Assembly: GCA_016748015.1 (NCBI GenBank)
Contig: JAAOMT010000128.1
Span: forward strand, 813,538 to 877,537
Source: Geosiphon pyriformis uo1
Taxonomy: Eukaryota; Fungi; Glomeromycota
DNA length: 64,000 nt
Direction of reading: 5' to 3'
Position numbers and translations under genes: made by a program
In this document: piece by piece, positions 40,078-53,780 of the stretch
Position numbering within the stretch: the stretch's first letter is position 1
Layout: each line of letters opens with the position of its first letter
The notes under the pieces: generated by a model
What the model was told of the DNA's origin: nothing
The model's database searches: none
What the model saw: only the letters and a program-made list of their open reading frames with translations

Positions 40078-41040
40078 TATTATTGAAGGTTTTTGGTCTT
40101 TTTTTTTGAACTTTATTGATGTTGTTTTGCTGTTAATTTTTAATTATTGAAAGCTATTAAACCTCTAATTACTGAATTTATTTTCAAATTATCTTTTATA
40201 ATTTGAACTGTTAGGCTTATAAATAGAATAACCAATTTAATACTAATTACTTGTATAATTACTTTGCAATAAAAGTCAACTATTTTTTAAAAAATATTTA
40301 TCTAAAAGCTTATTAAAATATATAATTACTTTGCTGTAAAAGTCAATTTTTCTACAAAAATCTTATTTATAGACTATTTTAATATGTATTTTAAAAAATA
40401 AAAAAATAAAAGAAATATAAAAAAAAAAATTTGTTTAGAAAATTATTTTTTGTTTAGATTTAAAGTTACTAACAGATTACTGAAATTAATAGCTAGTTAA
40501 TTTCAAAACATTAGTTGGAATTTGAAAAATTTCTAGCAAAATAATTATAAATTTGTTGTTTTCAATATAGTTTTTATTAAAATAATTTGTTTAAATATTA
40601 AGAAAAATATTTCTTATGAAAATAATTCTAACTAAGATATATTTTCTTAAAGAGAAAAGCTTTTTTTTATATAATTTGTTATAATACTAGTTTATAAATT
40701 TGCACTTTTTTTTTGCTATTATTTTACTAAACTAAAAATATATTTTGGGAAACTACAAGTTATTTCTACAAACTATTGAGTATTTTAATAAACTATTAAT
40801 TATTTCGATAAATTTTTACAAATTTTAGTGAATTCTTAAATGTTATATAATTTGGAATATTGTGTAATCTAATTATTATAATTTGTGTATTGTATAAATT
40901 AAATTATTAATTAAATAGTAATTCAGACAATTTAATAAGATAATAAGTAATAAATTAAAATAATAATATATACTAATTATTTATAAAAATTATAAAAATA
41001 ATTTCATGTTAAATAATATCTCAAATTTTTACTAGTAACA
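40078..41040 (-). repeat. Family-B 5' LTR with decayed PBS
   Basis: Homologous to the other B LTRs. Preceded on + by AGAAAACATCAAA, a transition-decayed form of AGAGAGCACCAAA. Confidence 0.8.
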
Positions 41041-44000
41041 ATATGATTTGTTTTTTGTATAATTAATTTTAAGTAATAAATATAAATTTATATTTAATTA
41101 AAAGTTGAAATTTATTAAAAACTATTTCATTATTTTTTTTAATCTATTATTTAGTTTTAATAAACTAGTTTAATATAGAAAAAATAGATTAATATTTAAT
41201 AATACTAACAAATTATTAAAATAATTAATAATAAGTGCTTTTCTTAATTAAAGTTATATATAATTTTATATTTAAAAGATCTATTTATTAATTATTTTAT
41301 AAATTTTTTTAAACTAAAAATAATGCAAACTTATATAAAAAAATTTCAATAGAAATATTAAAATGCAAATTAAAACTACATAGTTTTATTCATATTAAAT
41401 AATGAATAAAAATAAAAAAGATCAAAAATATTATAGTTTTTATAATATAAAATATTTATTTTATGTTTAATATTCAATTAAATTATTAATAAATAAAACT
41501 CTGTAATAAGTATTTAACTTTTTTTTTATGTTTAACTAACTGTAAATAACACATAAATATAAAAAACTTATTAAGATATTAATAGTTATATTATATATTC
41601 TCTAATATAATAATCTATTAAATTGTTTAAAGACAAAAGTTTTTGCAGTTTATATATATTCTATTGTTTCCAAAACAAACATTCAAAATCAATATAATAA
41701 TTATAATGTTTTATAATCTGCAAAAAGCATGATTAAATTAAATTATCAAAATTTTATTAAAAAAAATGTTATTATTTTGTAAACTACTATTAAAATCACA
41801 TATATATATTCTAAGTATATTATTATTCTTATTCTCTTATTGTTTAATATTTATCTTTTTCATTATAAATTTTTTAGCAAATTTTTTAGTTATAAGATAC
41901 ATACTATCAAACATTAATTTTTTTAATAAAACTTTAAAACTTTATTTTAAAAACAACAGAAATTATATTTTTTGTATTTTTTTTAGAATACTTTTTTAAT
42001 ATATATATTACTATTTATAAATATGTGTTTATATTTCTAGTATGTCTTAGGATTAATACAAAACAAGCATATAGATTGATAATTTAATTGACAAAATAAA
42101 GGCTAAATATTAGAAATAAACTGGTGAATAATAAATAATTAACTATTAAAGTATGTAAAGTTTTTTTATTATTACTAAATTCAAATTAAAATAATTATAT
42201 GTATTATTTAAAATAATTAAAAAATACTAATTAAATAAACTATGAAATCATAAATTTAAAGAAAAAAACTGTCAAATTTTACTGGTTTTATAATATATTT
42301 TAATAAATATAATAAAGTTATTAACAATTTATAATAAAATAAGATAATATAATTTTTTGAAAATTATATATAAAAATAAGCAACAATATTATTAGATTAT
42401 TAAAAAAAACACTATTAAATATAAGAAAAATCAAAAAATATACATAAAATAATAGCAATAACAGTTGTTAATAGTAAAAATAAAAAAGTATATAATGATT
42501 TATAGTATATATAGTAATATTTATTAATTAAAAAAGCATTATTAAGTGTAAAAAAATCAAAAAATGATATTTAAAAATTATAATACTGACAATTTACCAG
42601 TTATATTTCTTATAATAATGGTTTTTATTTATTCTTTGGTCTTTTTTACATTATTATATATAAAAAAAAGATATGTTTTATGAATTTATACTTGTCTGAA
42701 TAAATATTTTAATTAAAAATAATATTAAATTAATATAAACTTTAATCTAAAAAGTTTGAATATTTTAAATAAACCAAATTAATTAATGAGTAATTAGATT
42801 TTATTTATTTAATTAAGTTTAATATTTTATTAAAGCTTATTTTTAATATATAAATTATTACTTAATATAATATACTTTATTAATTACTATCTTTCTTTTT
42901 TATTATTTAAACCAAATATTTTTATACTAGATTTAATGTTTTTTATTTACATCTTTTGTTTTTATTGTAATTTTTTTTCTATTTTAATTTATCTTATTTC
43001 TTTAATAGTAATTTTTTTCTTTTATAAAATAAAGTTGAAAAAAATAAGAAAAAACAGTTAAAAATAAAAAGTAATAAATAAGAATAAAATTAATTCAAAA
43101 CATTTTAATTTTTTTTCAATTATTAATTAATATTTAGTACATAATATTTGTTTTAATATAAAAGTAAATTTTGAATAAATATTTAATAAAATTATGTTTT
43201 TGTTTTTTTATAGATTATTTTTATATAAAGAAAAAATTATTAATTAATTAATTGATTCTATAAAAAAATGTTTTTTATAAAAAATTGTTTTTTTATAGTG
43301 AGTTTTTTTATAAAAATTTAATGATATAACTATGTTTAATTTTACAAAATTACTTACAAATTAATTTAAAAAACATTTGTTAATACATAAATAATTTAAT
43401 AATTTAATAATTGTTTATAATTTAGTTAAATTGGCTTTTTTTTATATAACTAAAAATATATATATATGTAATAATGATAAAAAATATTTAATAAAAAAAC
43501 ATTAAACAGTTAAAAATATTATCTTTATTATTTTAAATTTTTATTTTATTTTATCAAATTACATTTTTTTTATTTTTTTATTTTAAAAATTCAATATAAT
43601 ATTAAAAAAATATATGAAAGTCATAATTAAAAATATAAAATACTTTGAAATTTTTTAGTTAATTAAGTATAATAAAAAATAATTAAAAATAATTTTAATA
43701 AATACAATAAATATAATTATATAAAAAATTAATATTATTTATTGAATTAAAACTTATAAAACTAATTTTTAAATTAATAAAATTATTAATATTAGTATTA
43801 TAAACCAGAATTTATTAACAATAAATCTTTAAATATTAAAAATAATTTTTTATAATAATATTTAAGATAAAAATAAATTATTTGTGATTAATTATTTAAA
43901 ACATTTAAAATTATATATATTAAAATATTAATATTTATAATTATAAAATAATTATTTTAAAAAAAATTTATACAAGTTTTTTATTAATAATATAATTTAA

Positions 44001-45513
44001 TAATAAATTAATTTTATAATAATATTATTATATATTAAACTTAAATTATACATAAATTGTATATAATTAGTTATCTAAACTAAATAAAAATTTTTTATAT
44101 TGTTATAAATTTTTTATTTAAAACAACAAAACAAATTTAAAAATTTTTTTGCAAAGTTTTATTATTTAAATTTTTATTATTTTTATTATTTTAATTATTT
44201 TTTGTTTTAGCATAAAAAAATAATTTTACAAATAATATAGCCAATTGGTTAATAGTTTAAGCATATAATAAAAAAATAAATTAAGTAATTTAAAATAATA
44301 AATTTAACTATTAAAATTTATAAATAAAACCAAAAAAATAACTTTATAATTAAAATTTTAAAATTTATAATATTTATAACTTTGAGTTTTTTAAATATAA
44401 TTTTTTAAAAGTATTAATTTTAATTAAAAACATTTTAAACTTTAAAAATAATAACAATAATATATTTTTAATAAAAATCAAATCAAATAACTAAAAAATA
44501 AAACAAGTTTAATTATTAATTTAATTTTAATAATAGTATTTAAAAATTTTTAAAATATAATTTTAAAACCAATAAAATTAAATAATAATTAAGAAATAGT
44601 TTTTATATAATTTAATTTAATTTAATTTAGAAAAAAACATTAAAGCAAATATAATACATTCAAAAAAAATTTAGTTATTAAATATAATATTAAAAAATAT
44701 AGCAATATTAATATATATATATTGTTTTGTTTTTATAATAATTATTCAAATTTTATAATATTTAATACTATTCATTAATTAAATAAATAAAATACATGTT
44801 AAAACATAATTTGCTTTGTTTTTACAATAATTAAAACTAATCATATTAAAAAATACAACCAAAATATTAATTTGTATTTATTTTAATAAATATGTTATTG
44901 CCTTAATATTCAAATTAATAAAAATATTGTTGTATATAATTAAATTAAAATTAATTGTTTTTATTAAAATAAGTAAAATAAAACTAATAAAAACACCAAA
45001 AATAAGCAAAACTTAGTTTAAAACCAATAATAAAAATTCAAAGCTTTTTAAAAACACAAAACCAATGTTTTAATAAATATTAAAGAAAAACTTTTTAAAA
45101 AAAGTTTGCTGTTGCTATAATTATTATTATTAATTATTGTTTTTGGCTTTTTAAAAATTAACAATAATGGTAATAATTATTATAAAAAATTGCTAAAAAA
45201 ACAAAACTTTTAATACAAATTTATTTTTAAAATTATGGGCTTTTGTTAATAGTTAAGATAACATTAAATCTATTTTGGGTATGTTTTTTTTAAAAAAATT
45301 TACAAGAAAAAAACTTTTAATTAAAATATTTTTTAAAAATTAAAACTTGTTTTAAATTTAGTTTATTTAAAAAAATATTTTTATTATTTGTTTAGCTGTG
45401 TTTATTATTAATAAAATCTTTTTGTCGTTGTTTTGGTTGTAAACATAAGATTTACAAAATGAAAAGACAAAAAATGCTTTTTTTAATAATAATAAAAAAT
45501 TAAATCAAATAAC

Positions 45514-45544
<31 letters not shown>

Positions 45545-45780
45545 TATATTATAATATTTCATTAATATAAAAGTTAAGCAAATTTAAAATAAATAATCAA
45601 ATTAAATATCAGAAATAAATTTTATTATAATTAAAATTATTTATTAATTGAGTTACGATAAATATAAATCTTTGTTCAAAATTTAGATTATAAAATATTT
45701 ATTAGATTTATAATTCAAAATGAATATAATAAAAATTGTTAATGTAATTTATATAAAAATTTTTTTTTGTTAAATATGCA
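41041..45780. other. Extremely AT-rich (~90%) eroded repeat DNA, family not assignable
   Basis: Almost no C/G; same residual-C contexts as the identifiable TE relics. Includes an (ATA)n run at 45514-45540. Confidence 0.5.
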
Positions 45781-46257
45781 CAATTATTTATAAAGAAACA
45801 ACCAAGCTACAAAGACTTACAATTGGTGGTTACTATTTGTCCAAAAATTCTGGTTTGTTTCTCGTTGAATAAAGTCGATGTGATAATTTGTCCAGATCAC
45901 CATTTTTATATAAGACTATTTGTAATCATGCTTACAGCTGTTGGCTATTTTTTCTCTTGTTATAATCTGGGCTTCCAGCAATACAATCTCTCCATTTGTT
46001 TAATAAAAGTGAAACATGAAGGATAAAGAATGTCGATTATCAGTGACAATTTAGTTTCTAACTACATATGATCAAAAACAATAGTGATTGTGGCTCTTTT
46101 ACAGTAACTGCAGGGTTTTTGGATCGTGTTTAGTTTCGAGATTTTCATTCTACTTTACGTTTAGCCGCTTTGGCGATCATTTTCCGGTTTTTATAGTCGA
46201 GAAGTTTGAATATTTATTTTTGCTACTCCCTTTGACGGGTTTCCTCTGCAATCAACT

Positions 46258-47594
46258 ATGACAATTCCCTCTAAAAAGGACGAATATGACTTCGAAACTC
46301 GCGTTAACAACTTGAAATCCTCAGAGACTCATTCTGTCCAAGTTACCTCGTGAGTATTCTAAGAGTATTTTCTCAGTTCACAGTTGTAACAATTGAAACT
46401 CTATTTAAAAACCCTCTTTTATATATTTTATAGGGAAAGTGAGCTTCTTTCTCGTTTCATCAAACTTTTCGGGAGAAAACCCTTAGCTTCCGATTCTTCT
46501 TCTCCTCCAATAACCAGCAATAACTTCACAAAAACTAGGAAGCCACCAAAACCCGTTCAAACTGGAGGCAAGCAAAAGAAAATTACCTTAAAAGTTGAAA
46601 ATAAAAAAGAAATAGGACCCAAACATGAGGTTAATCACTTATTCTTTTCGTATATGTTTTTATTACCAACAACTGTTCAACTGTATTAACCGAGATTATT
46701 AATTAATTGATAACGCTTTAGGTAGACCTTTTATTATTCGAGGAGCTGTCGGCTGAAGAAGACGACGGGTTTCAGTTCCCCACCGATAAAATTACTAACA
46801 AAACCACCGCCAAAGCAACTCCGTCAGTAACCGAAAAAAAGCTAGATACTGTCATTTCCGCGGTAATGGGTAAAGAAGCAAAAATCGGGTCTATCACTGG
46901 TTATGGTGGCGACGAAGACGACGCGAATTTTTTAGTACGTCAATTGCAAGACGAAGTAAAATTAGAGACGAAATACACAAAAACAACCAAAGAGATGGAT
47001 AAAGAACTAATGGCACGTTATAAAGGGTTGAAACAAGGCCCTGGTGGAGAAATACCAATTAAAATTGATAAATTGGTGTTAAGTAGACCAGCAAAAACAA
47101 AAAATGGTAAAGTCACTTTTCCTGACAAAAAAAATGTTATTGAATCCCCGAAATTGGGACCCCCACCAAAACCAGTTGATTTCACGGAATTCGGATATTC
47201 TTTGGACGACGACAGCTATAATTGGTGTTGTATGTTACTATTCTTTAAATTTTCAATGCCTGCTATTTTTTATAGAATTTGGATTGATATGTTACTTTTA
47301 AACCCATAAGGTATTTGCAACGCTGACGCGACATATAAGTGTCAAGATTGTGACGGTGACCTATTTTGCGAAGGATGTTTCAAACATGGTAAGAAAAAAC
47401 GTTGGTTTTGATGATATTACATATCCGAGAATTCTTGTACTGACTAACACTTGATATTTTTAGATCATTTAAGCAAATATGCCGCTAGTGATATGAAGAG
47501 ACATAAATATGAAAGGTTTAAAGCCAATAACACCTTAACTCGAAGCTCAAGTACCAAAAAGAATGGGGACAAGCAATACAAAGGATTGTATTGA
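46258..47594 (+). CDS. ZFYVE19: B-box zinc-finger protein resembling the ZFYVE19/ANCHR C-terminus (no FYVE domain); 5 exons
   Basis: GT-AG introns at ~46350-46433, 46630-46721, 47230-47310 and 47388-47463. Spliced product MTIPSKKDEY...WCCICNADATYKCQDCDGDLFCEGCFKHDH...MKRHKY...GLY*. Confidence 0.75.
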
Positions 47595-47904
47595 TTTTCT
47601 GAGCTTAAGGACTCTTTCCATTTATAAGGTAAATATTTCCAAGATGTAGATAGGTTCCTTGAATAAGGATTTTATTAAGATTTTCAATTATGGTTAGATA
47701 CCTCCCGAGGATTTCTCAATGCGTGAACTCATTGTATATATATATAGCCGACTCACTTTTATAAATTTATTAGATAGTAAGAATGTATATTTAAACAGAA
47801 ATAATATTGTGCAAATTAAGAAATGTTCAAAATACCAGATTCTGACTCGCCCACGATGTGAGGCCTGTAACTGATATCAATTAAGAATTACCAGGATGAA
47901 CAAG

Positions 47905-48541
47905 CTATGGAAAATTGGTCTTGGGTACACTCGGAAGTTGCTTTAAAACATTTTTGACTTGCTCTCTTTGCCTTTTCAATAGACTCGATTCACGCAAATA
48001 GAAAATATCCCTCTGTAAGATATATTGTTTGGGTTTGTGTGGTTGCTGAAGTTTCGCTAGTGTTTCAAGTGTGTTTGTCCCAGATTTACTTTTCTCTTTC
48101 TCAAGTGAGATTTTTGACTTTGCCTTACTCTCTTTTTCTGTAATTTCTCCTTTGGCCTGATTTTTATCGCTCTCTTCTTTTTCGCCTTTATCAGAACTAA
48201 TTGACTTCTCTTTCTTATTCGTGCTATTACTGGGGCTGTTAATATTTTTCTTTGGCAATGAAATTTTGGGTTCTGGTTCCGCCTCTACAACCGGGCGAGC
48301 AAAACCTTTGTCATTTAAATGACTTTTAAAATTCAGTATTTTTGGTCACCACACACGGGCATAATAAAAGTGAAGTTTCCAAAATTGAATTGAAGTACCT
48401 TACACATGTATAAAACCAGTCAGTCCCATCTTCGTTCCTAAGCACGTTAGTGGTAAACTTATTGCACACGAAACACGGACGTTCAGACGTCGCCGTGCGT
48501 TGCATGTAAAGATTGTGGAGTGTGAGGTTTGCGCTACTCAT
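47905..48541 (-). CDS. VFA1: Vps4-associated protein 1 (Vfa1 family); 2 exons
   Basis: NLYMQRTATSERPCFVCNKFTTNVL..DWFYTCVSHLNDKGF; intron 48323-48398; charged linker; YILQRDIFYLR; C-terminal LPSVP. Confidence 0.85.
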
Positions 48542-48983
48542 CGAATGAACTAAAGTTACAAAATAAATTTGAATTTCCCGAGTATTTATGTTTGATGCAC
48601 GCCATTCCTGAATTAATGAAATGTTGCACGCGTCCGGGAAAATTTTAAATAAAAATGGGTTTTTATATTAGTTCTATTCTAATCACATTATCAAAACTGG
48701 GCAACTCGCGAAAGGAAACCTTTATAGAAATCATTACAATCATTTTTAAGAGTCAAAAGAATTAAGGATTGTAAGTGAGTAGACCATAAATTATTATATT
48801 CAATTTTGTTCAAATGTCCATAAAACGTCTCTAAAATAAAAGTTCTATCGGAAAAATAAATAAACCATCACGTCCAAATTATTACGAAGTTGTAAAACTT
48901 GTATTTCTCTAAACGTTGATCAGTGATGCCTTAACATCCCTTCGACTTTATAATATTTGGAAGTCCTGTTGAGAATCGATCGA

Positions 48984-50727
48984 TCACCATTTATTCCATT
49001 CATCATCCCATCCATCATCTTTCTTTAGCTCTGATTTTGCTTCCCTTCTTCGCGTAGTACCCGAACTAGATGTTTTTTGTGAATTTGTTCTAGAGAAGTC
49101 ACTTTGGGTGGGTTGCGAGATGCTTTGACTGTCGTCTGCTTGTTGATAATGATTGGTTGCGTCCGCAAAGAAATCATTGTCATTATTATTGTACGATCCC
49201 TGGGAATACCCATCGGAAATGGTTGCATAGTTGGAGCGGGTGAAAGAAGCAGAATTTGATGAAACTGTGGAAAGATTACTTGATAATGAGGAGATACCAC
49301 GTGAAGCAGTATTCGTTACCTGTTTAGTGAAGCAAAGGTATTAAACATATTGAATGTAATAGAAATCTGCCGAATTCAACGAAGCCTACCGTCTTGCTAA
49401 AACCAGCTACATAGCCAACTACTTGTTGCGAGAAATCAGGATCTCTGACTTTCTCCGCAGTCGGTCTTATTACTCTTTCATTTACTGTTTGCCCTAATGT
49501 TTCTGCCCCTTGAGCAGCCAATTTAGCGCCTTCTACAACCTGATAACCGAGAAAGTTTAAACCTTTTGTTAAAGCACTAAATGGATCATTTATTAATTCA
49601 TCCAAATCTGGAGCGGAAGAGGAAGAGTAGGAGGATGTTTGATTGGCAAATGCTGGATTGCCGAAACCAGTATATTTGCCTCCTTGACTTGGAGGTAGAA
49701 AATCTGGTCTATCTTCATTCGCTCGTCCTAACGTTTCAAAATATGCCTCTTTGGGTACTTTGTTTGAGGTTACAAAGCCATTACTGGTATTTTCATTATT
49801 ACAGCTCCCATTGGATTGGTAAGACTGATATGGTTCAGGTGAAGAGCGCACTGCATTCGCTCTAGTAACACTATTGCTGATTGGTGTTGATTGTCGATTT
49901 GGCATCGTTCGAGTAGATGATGCTGTTGAAGATGGTGTCCACTTTTTCCCTTCACATTTGGCTGCCAACTAAAATGATTAATATTTGTTGTGTAAAAGCT
50001 CATGATAAATTTTAAAAAAGAAGAGTGTGTTCATTAAACCGCACCATATGAGTGATACATACCCTTTCGCGATAGTTAGTTGCAAATCTACTGTGATATT
50101 TTTCTTTAAGACTCATGTTTGAAGAGTATTCTGGTTCTGCTTCATAGTATTCACGCCATGCAGTATTTCCACCGAGCTAAAGAAATGAGAATTAACTGAT
50201 TTCAATACTTTGAGGCCGTTTTATGAAAACTAACCCCAGTAATCTGGGCTGAACAAATGTTTACCTTCATTTTTTTGATTTGATCGTCGAACCATTTATC
50301 CATGGTGATTGATCGGACAAAGCTACACATAGAATAAAATAAAAAAACCCATCATCAATTGTGCTTATCAGAAGCAAACCATGAGACTCATATCGCTCAA
50401 CTTGGTGATATTTATTTTAAACTTTTAGAGCTATGCTTTAGGTCCCAAAAGTTCGCTTTTTATTTCAAAAGAAATACCTGACGTGAACACCAAACGACCG
50501 ATGAACCCCAGAACACTCTAAACAAATAAATATACCAAAGGAAACTGAAGCCCATTGGGGATTAGGCGCCCCACAATCAACACAGTTCTGCGGAAGCGGT
50601 CTTTATTTAGAATAAAGTGAAAAGAAAACAAATAGATTAAAAAGAAGTTTGGTCCTAAAAACCCTCTTACTTTGTTTGCACCTTGACGTTGAATCTCGTA
50701 CAAAATTTGCTTATATTCGGCTGCCAT
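48984..50727 (-). CDS. GCS1: ADP-ribosylation factor GTPase-activating protein, Gcs1/ArfGAP1 type; multi-exon
   Basis: [46 protein letters not shown]; [30 protein letters not shown]; ends [11 protein letters not shown]. Confidence 0.93.
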
Positions 50728-51067
50728 ATTTTCTACTAGAAGCCCAGAGTAAAGTAACGAAAGATACAAATTTATCAAGTTTCAAACGGGTCGAAATTTG
50801 ATGGGCTCAACAAACTTATTAATACTTCTGTGTAATTGGTTGTTTCAATTTGTACTAGGAGATAATTAGACTTTTTTAACCTATTCTCTCATACAAGTGC
50901 CAAAATTAAAAATATATTCAATTGAAATCACGATCTTACATATCCTTATCATTATTATTTATTGTGAATTTCATCGATTTTCTTTTGCACATTTTTGAAA
51001 GAAAAATAGGATATTAAAAACTCGATAAATTATAATTTTTTTAAATACATCTATCAACATTCATTTA

Positions 51068-51574
51068 CTAGGGATGGCATAACGAACACGGTCCACGGCA
51101 ATTAAGTATTCCTTGTCAGAAACTGTGGTCTCGTGGTAACCTAAGGGCCCAACATCACAGTCTGCACAAGACAAATACTTTATGCCAGAAAGTCCAATGG
51201 TCTTTGAGAATCCAATATTCTCAAATTCCATCATTTCAGTTAATCGCCAGCAAGGTTGAAGTGACCTAATATTATCAGAAGGTTCAGTTTCCGTTGTTTC
51301 ATTTGGAAGATTAAGCTAAAAAAGAATAAGCAAAAAACAATTCATTATATACTATTTATTGAACATAAAGGCTATAAAGGAAAAGAACCTAAACCTTCTT
51401 TTTTGGCCTTTCAACCCAAGTGCCAGCTTTTGCTCTTAGTATAAGACACCGGCAAGTGGGTTGAGGGCAGTAGATATAGAGGGCATTTCGGCTATCAGAA
51501 GTCAGAAGCTGAGTTTTAGGGTTGGAAAAATCCTTGAAAGGAACACCTGGATTTAGTTGGTTTGTGATCTCCAT
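51068..51574 (-). CDS. DSS4: Mss4/Dss4 (RABIF) Rab nucleotide-release factor/chaperone; 2 exons
   Basis: IYCPQPTCRCLIL; intron ~51317-51394; MMEFENIGFSK, KYLSCADCDVGPLG, YLIAVDRV. Confidence 0.92.
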
Positions 51575-52186
51575 AATGGGACTAAAAGGACATGAGTTTA
51601 AAAAAGAAAGGGTCTAAGAATATGCTCAGTGTTTAAATAAAAAAAACCGTTTCTAAATTTAGGGGACAAACTCGAATAATTTCCACTATTTGAAAATCCA
51701 AGCCTTATTCAGTGAGGTTTGTACCACGTTTAGGAAATGAGCTCAAAGCCACTCCGGGATCCTTTGGCTGTGTATGATTGATGATGCCCATAGTTACTTT
51801 TATCTAGTCGGCCTTCTATTTGCCGATCATGACATTATCTTTTAAAAGAATATATAGACTAAACTCTGCAAAAATTGTTTTAGCAAAGTCACTGTATGGA
51901 TCTTCTGCGAAACCTAAACTATTATTTTTAATAAGAATATTATTTAAAAAGACGAAATAAGTACAGTTTAAAAGTTTCAAGGTTGAGACCGTTTTTTTTT
52001 TTTTTGAAAGAAACCGGTTTTTGAGTAGGAGTTTCAAGACTTGTACCCTTTTCTCTTATTCGCTGCTCTATACAGATTATAATAGTACTCTGGATCTAGT
52101 CTATTCGTTATAGCAGAATAAAGTGCCTCCTGTTTTTTCTCTTTATTACTGTCCCTCCGCGTTAGGTAGGGTCGTGAAATTGCAAC

Positions 52187-53780
52187 ATGGAGCGAGACAC
52201 GTACGCTCTATATAACATTCTAGGCGTACGCAAGACTGCTTCAGAGGATGAAATAAAAAAAGCATATCGTCGCTTGGCTCTAAGATATCATCCCGATAAA
52301 AACCCTAATGCTGCTGAAGAGGTTAGTTTTTAAGGTTTTGAGCCTATATTTACCTTATTTTCCATATTGTTCCATCAAGTTCTTTTAGATTTATCAGGAA
52401 ATGTATTTTGAAAGAATTTTATTCACCAAACCCTGATCGAGCGACGAAATAGTAAACCCTCAAAAAATTTTATTATTCACGAAGTAAAGCAGTGACAACG
52501 GCATTCAGACACAACGACAAACTATTTAAATCTGAACATCTTTTTTATTTGAATTTTGATCATAGTTCAAGTCGATTAACCATGCCTACGAAATACTGAG
52601 TGATCCTAAAAAACGTTCAGTATATGACAAGTATGGGGAAATGGGGATCCAGATGTTAGACTCAATGGCAGGATTTTTATTTGATCCCGATATCGAAGGC
52701 CCTTTATGTCTACTTTTCACTTTAGTGTCTGGAGTAATTCTTCTGGTGGTTCTTTTCCTGTCTTTTCTCGCCATACGAATAGACAATAAAGTTTCATGGA
52801 GTTATGGTGTTGTGCTTATACCAGTTTGGATTGTCGACTCTATTCTGTTTATCGTCTTCGTGGGACAAGCACGACGAGATCCTTCCGAGGATGATGACGG
52901 AGATCCAGAAGAGTATGAAGGCTTATATCATGATGACCCTGAAATAAGAGAGCAATTAAAGGAAATAAGACGAAAAAAACACCGAACTCTACGTCGTTTA
53001 CGGAATCTATTTTCTATTGGTTGCTTATCGTTGGTCTTCTTATTTCAACTCTTTATTGTTCTTCGAGCTGATGGAACGGTGGATTGGAAAATTGCCATTG
53101 TGTTTACTCCATATTTTATCATCGAAGCAATATACCTTTATCCAACTCTAAATGGATATTTGCTGTTATTAAGAACAAGTAAAGCTTATGACGAAGATGG
53201 TAATCCCTCACTTAGAGCAAAAATACGAGTTTTTTTCGAAACATTTTGGTGGTTTGCTATTCGCATCGTTCTAGCCATTTTGGTGGTTCTCAGAATTGAC
53301 AGAGTGATTACCACAAGCTGGGCTGTAGTATTTATTCCATTATATTTAATTGGGGTCCGGTACGGCTTTGGAATTGTATTGCAATATTTAGCTTTGAGAC
53401 GAGCTGAACCTGTACAAAACCGAGGAAAATTGGATCTCATCCTGCAGAGTATAGCTTTCTTTGTGGCTGGATCTCTCTTTTATACATTAATAGGGCTATT
53501 GGCAAGCAGATTGGATGGTCATGTTGGGATAAAGATGTCCTCTATTCTGATTCCTCTCTTTATCACTTTGTCTATCATGCTTTGTTGTACTGGCTGTTGC
53601 TTGCCTTGTGCTCTGGTGAATTGGAACGTTGGTGATGATTTGGAGGGGATTGGTGAGACTAACTTGATATCAGCCGATCGTCGCATAACATATCCTGAAG
53701 GAGCTGGCCAAAATACAAGTAATCACCATAACAACGGAGTTTCATCCACAATTACTACCAACAACAGTATATCCATATAA
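52187..53780 (+). CDS. DnaJ-domain multi-pass membrane protein (J domain, TMEM185-like TM region, Cys string); 2 exons
   Basis: [25 protein letters not shown] | intron 52322-52565 | [24 protein letters not shown]; repeated D...W..VF.P helical hairpins; CCTGCCLPC. Confidence 0.9.

Larger units (their letters stand above)
28029..41040 (-). mobile_element. Degenerate, apparently chimeric gypsy element (family-B 5' LTR, family-C 3' LTR) with three nested insertions
   Basis: Colinear domains: gag (~40050-38500), PR (~38400-38100), CxxC domain (~36800-36550), dUTPase (~36000-33870, split by pogo), RT (~33300-32500), IN (~31900-30900), extension, PPT (29014-29028). Confidence 0.7.

Noticed and set aside
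14638-46026. Numerous short I/K/N/F/L-rich ORFs in the ORF track
   Set aside because: Chance or antisense ORFs in AT-eroded TE relics, with no independent domain evidence.
51700-51830. U3-like or other ncRNA in the DSS4/DnaJ divergent spacer (GAGCTCAAAGCC...TGGCTG...TTGATGA)
   Set aside because: No box A or terminal box D found; needs an Rfam search.
52431-52450. Hammerhead-like CTGATCGA...GAAA
   Set aside because: The core deviates from CUGANGA and flanking stems are absent.
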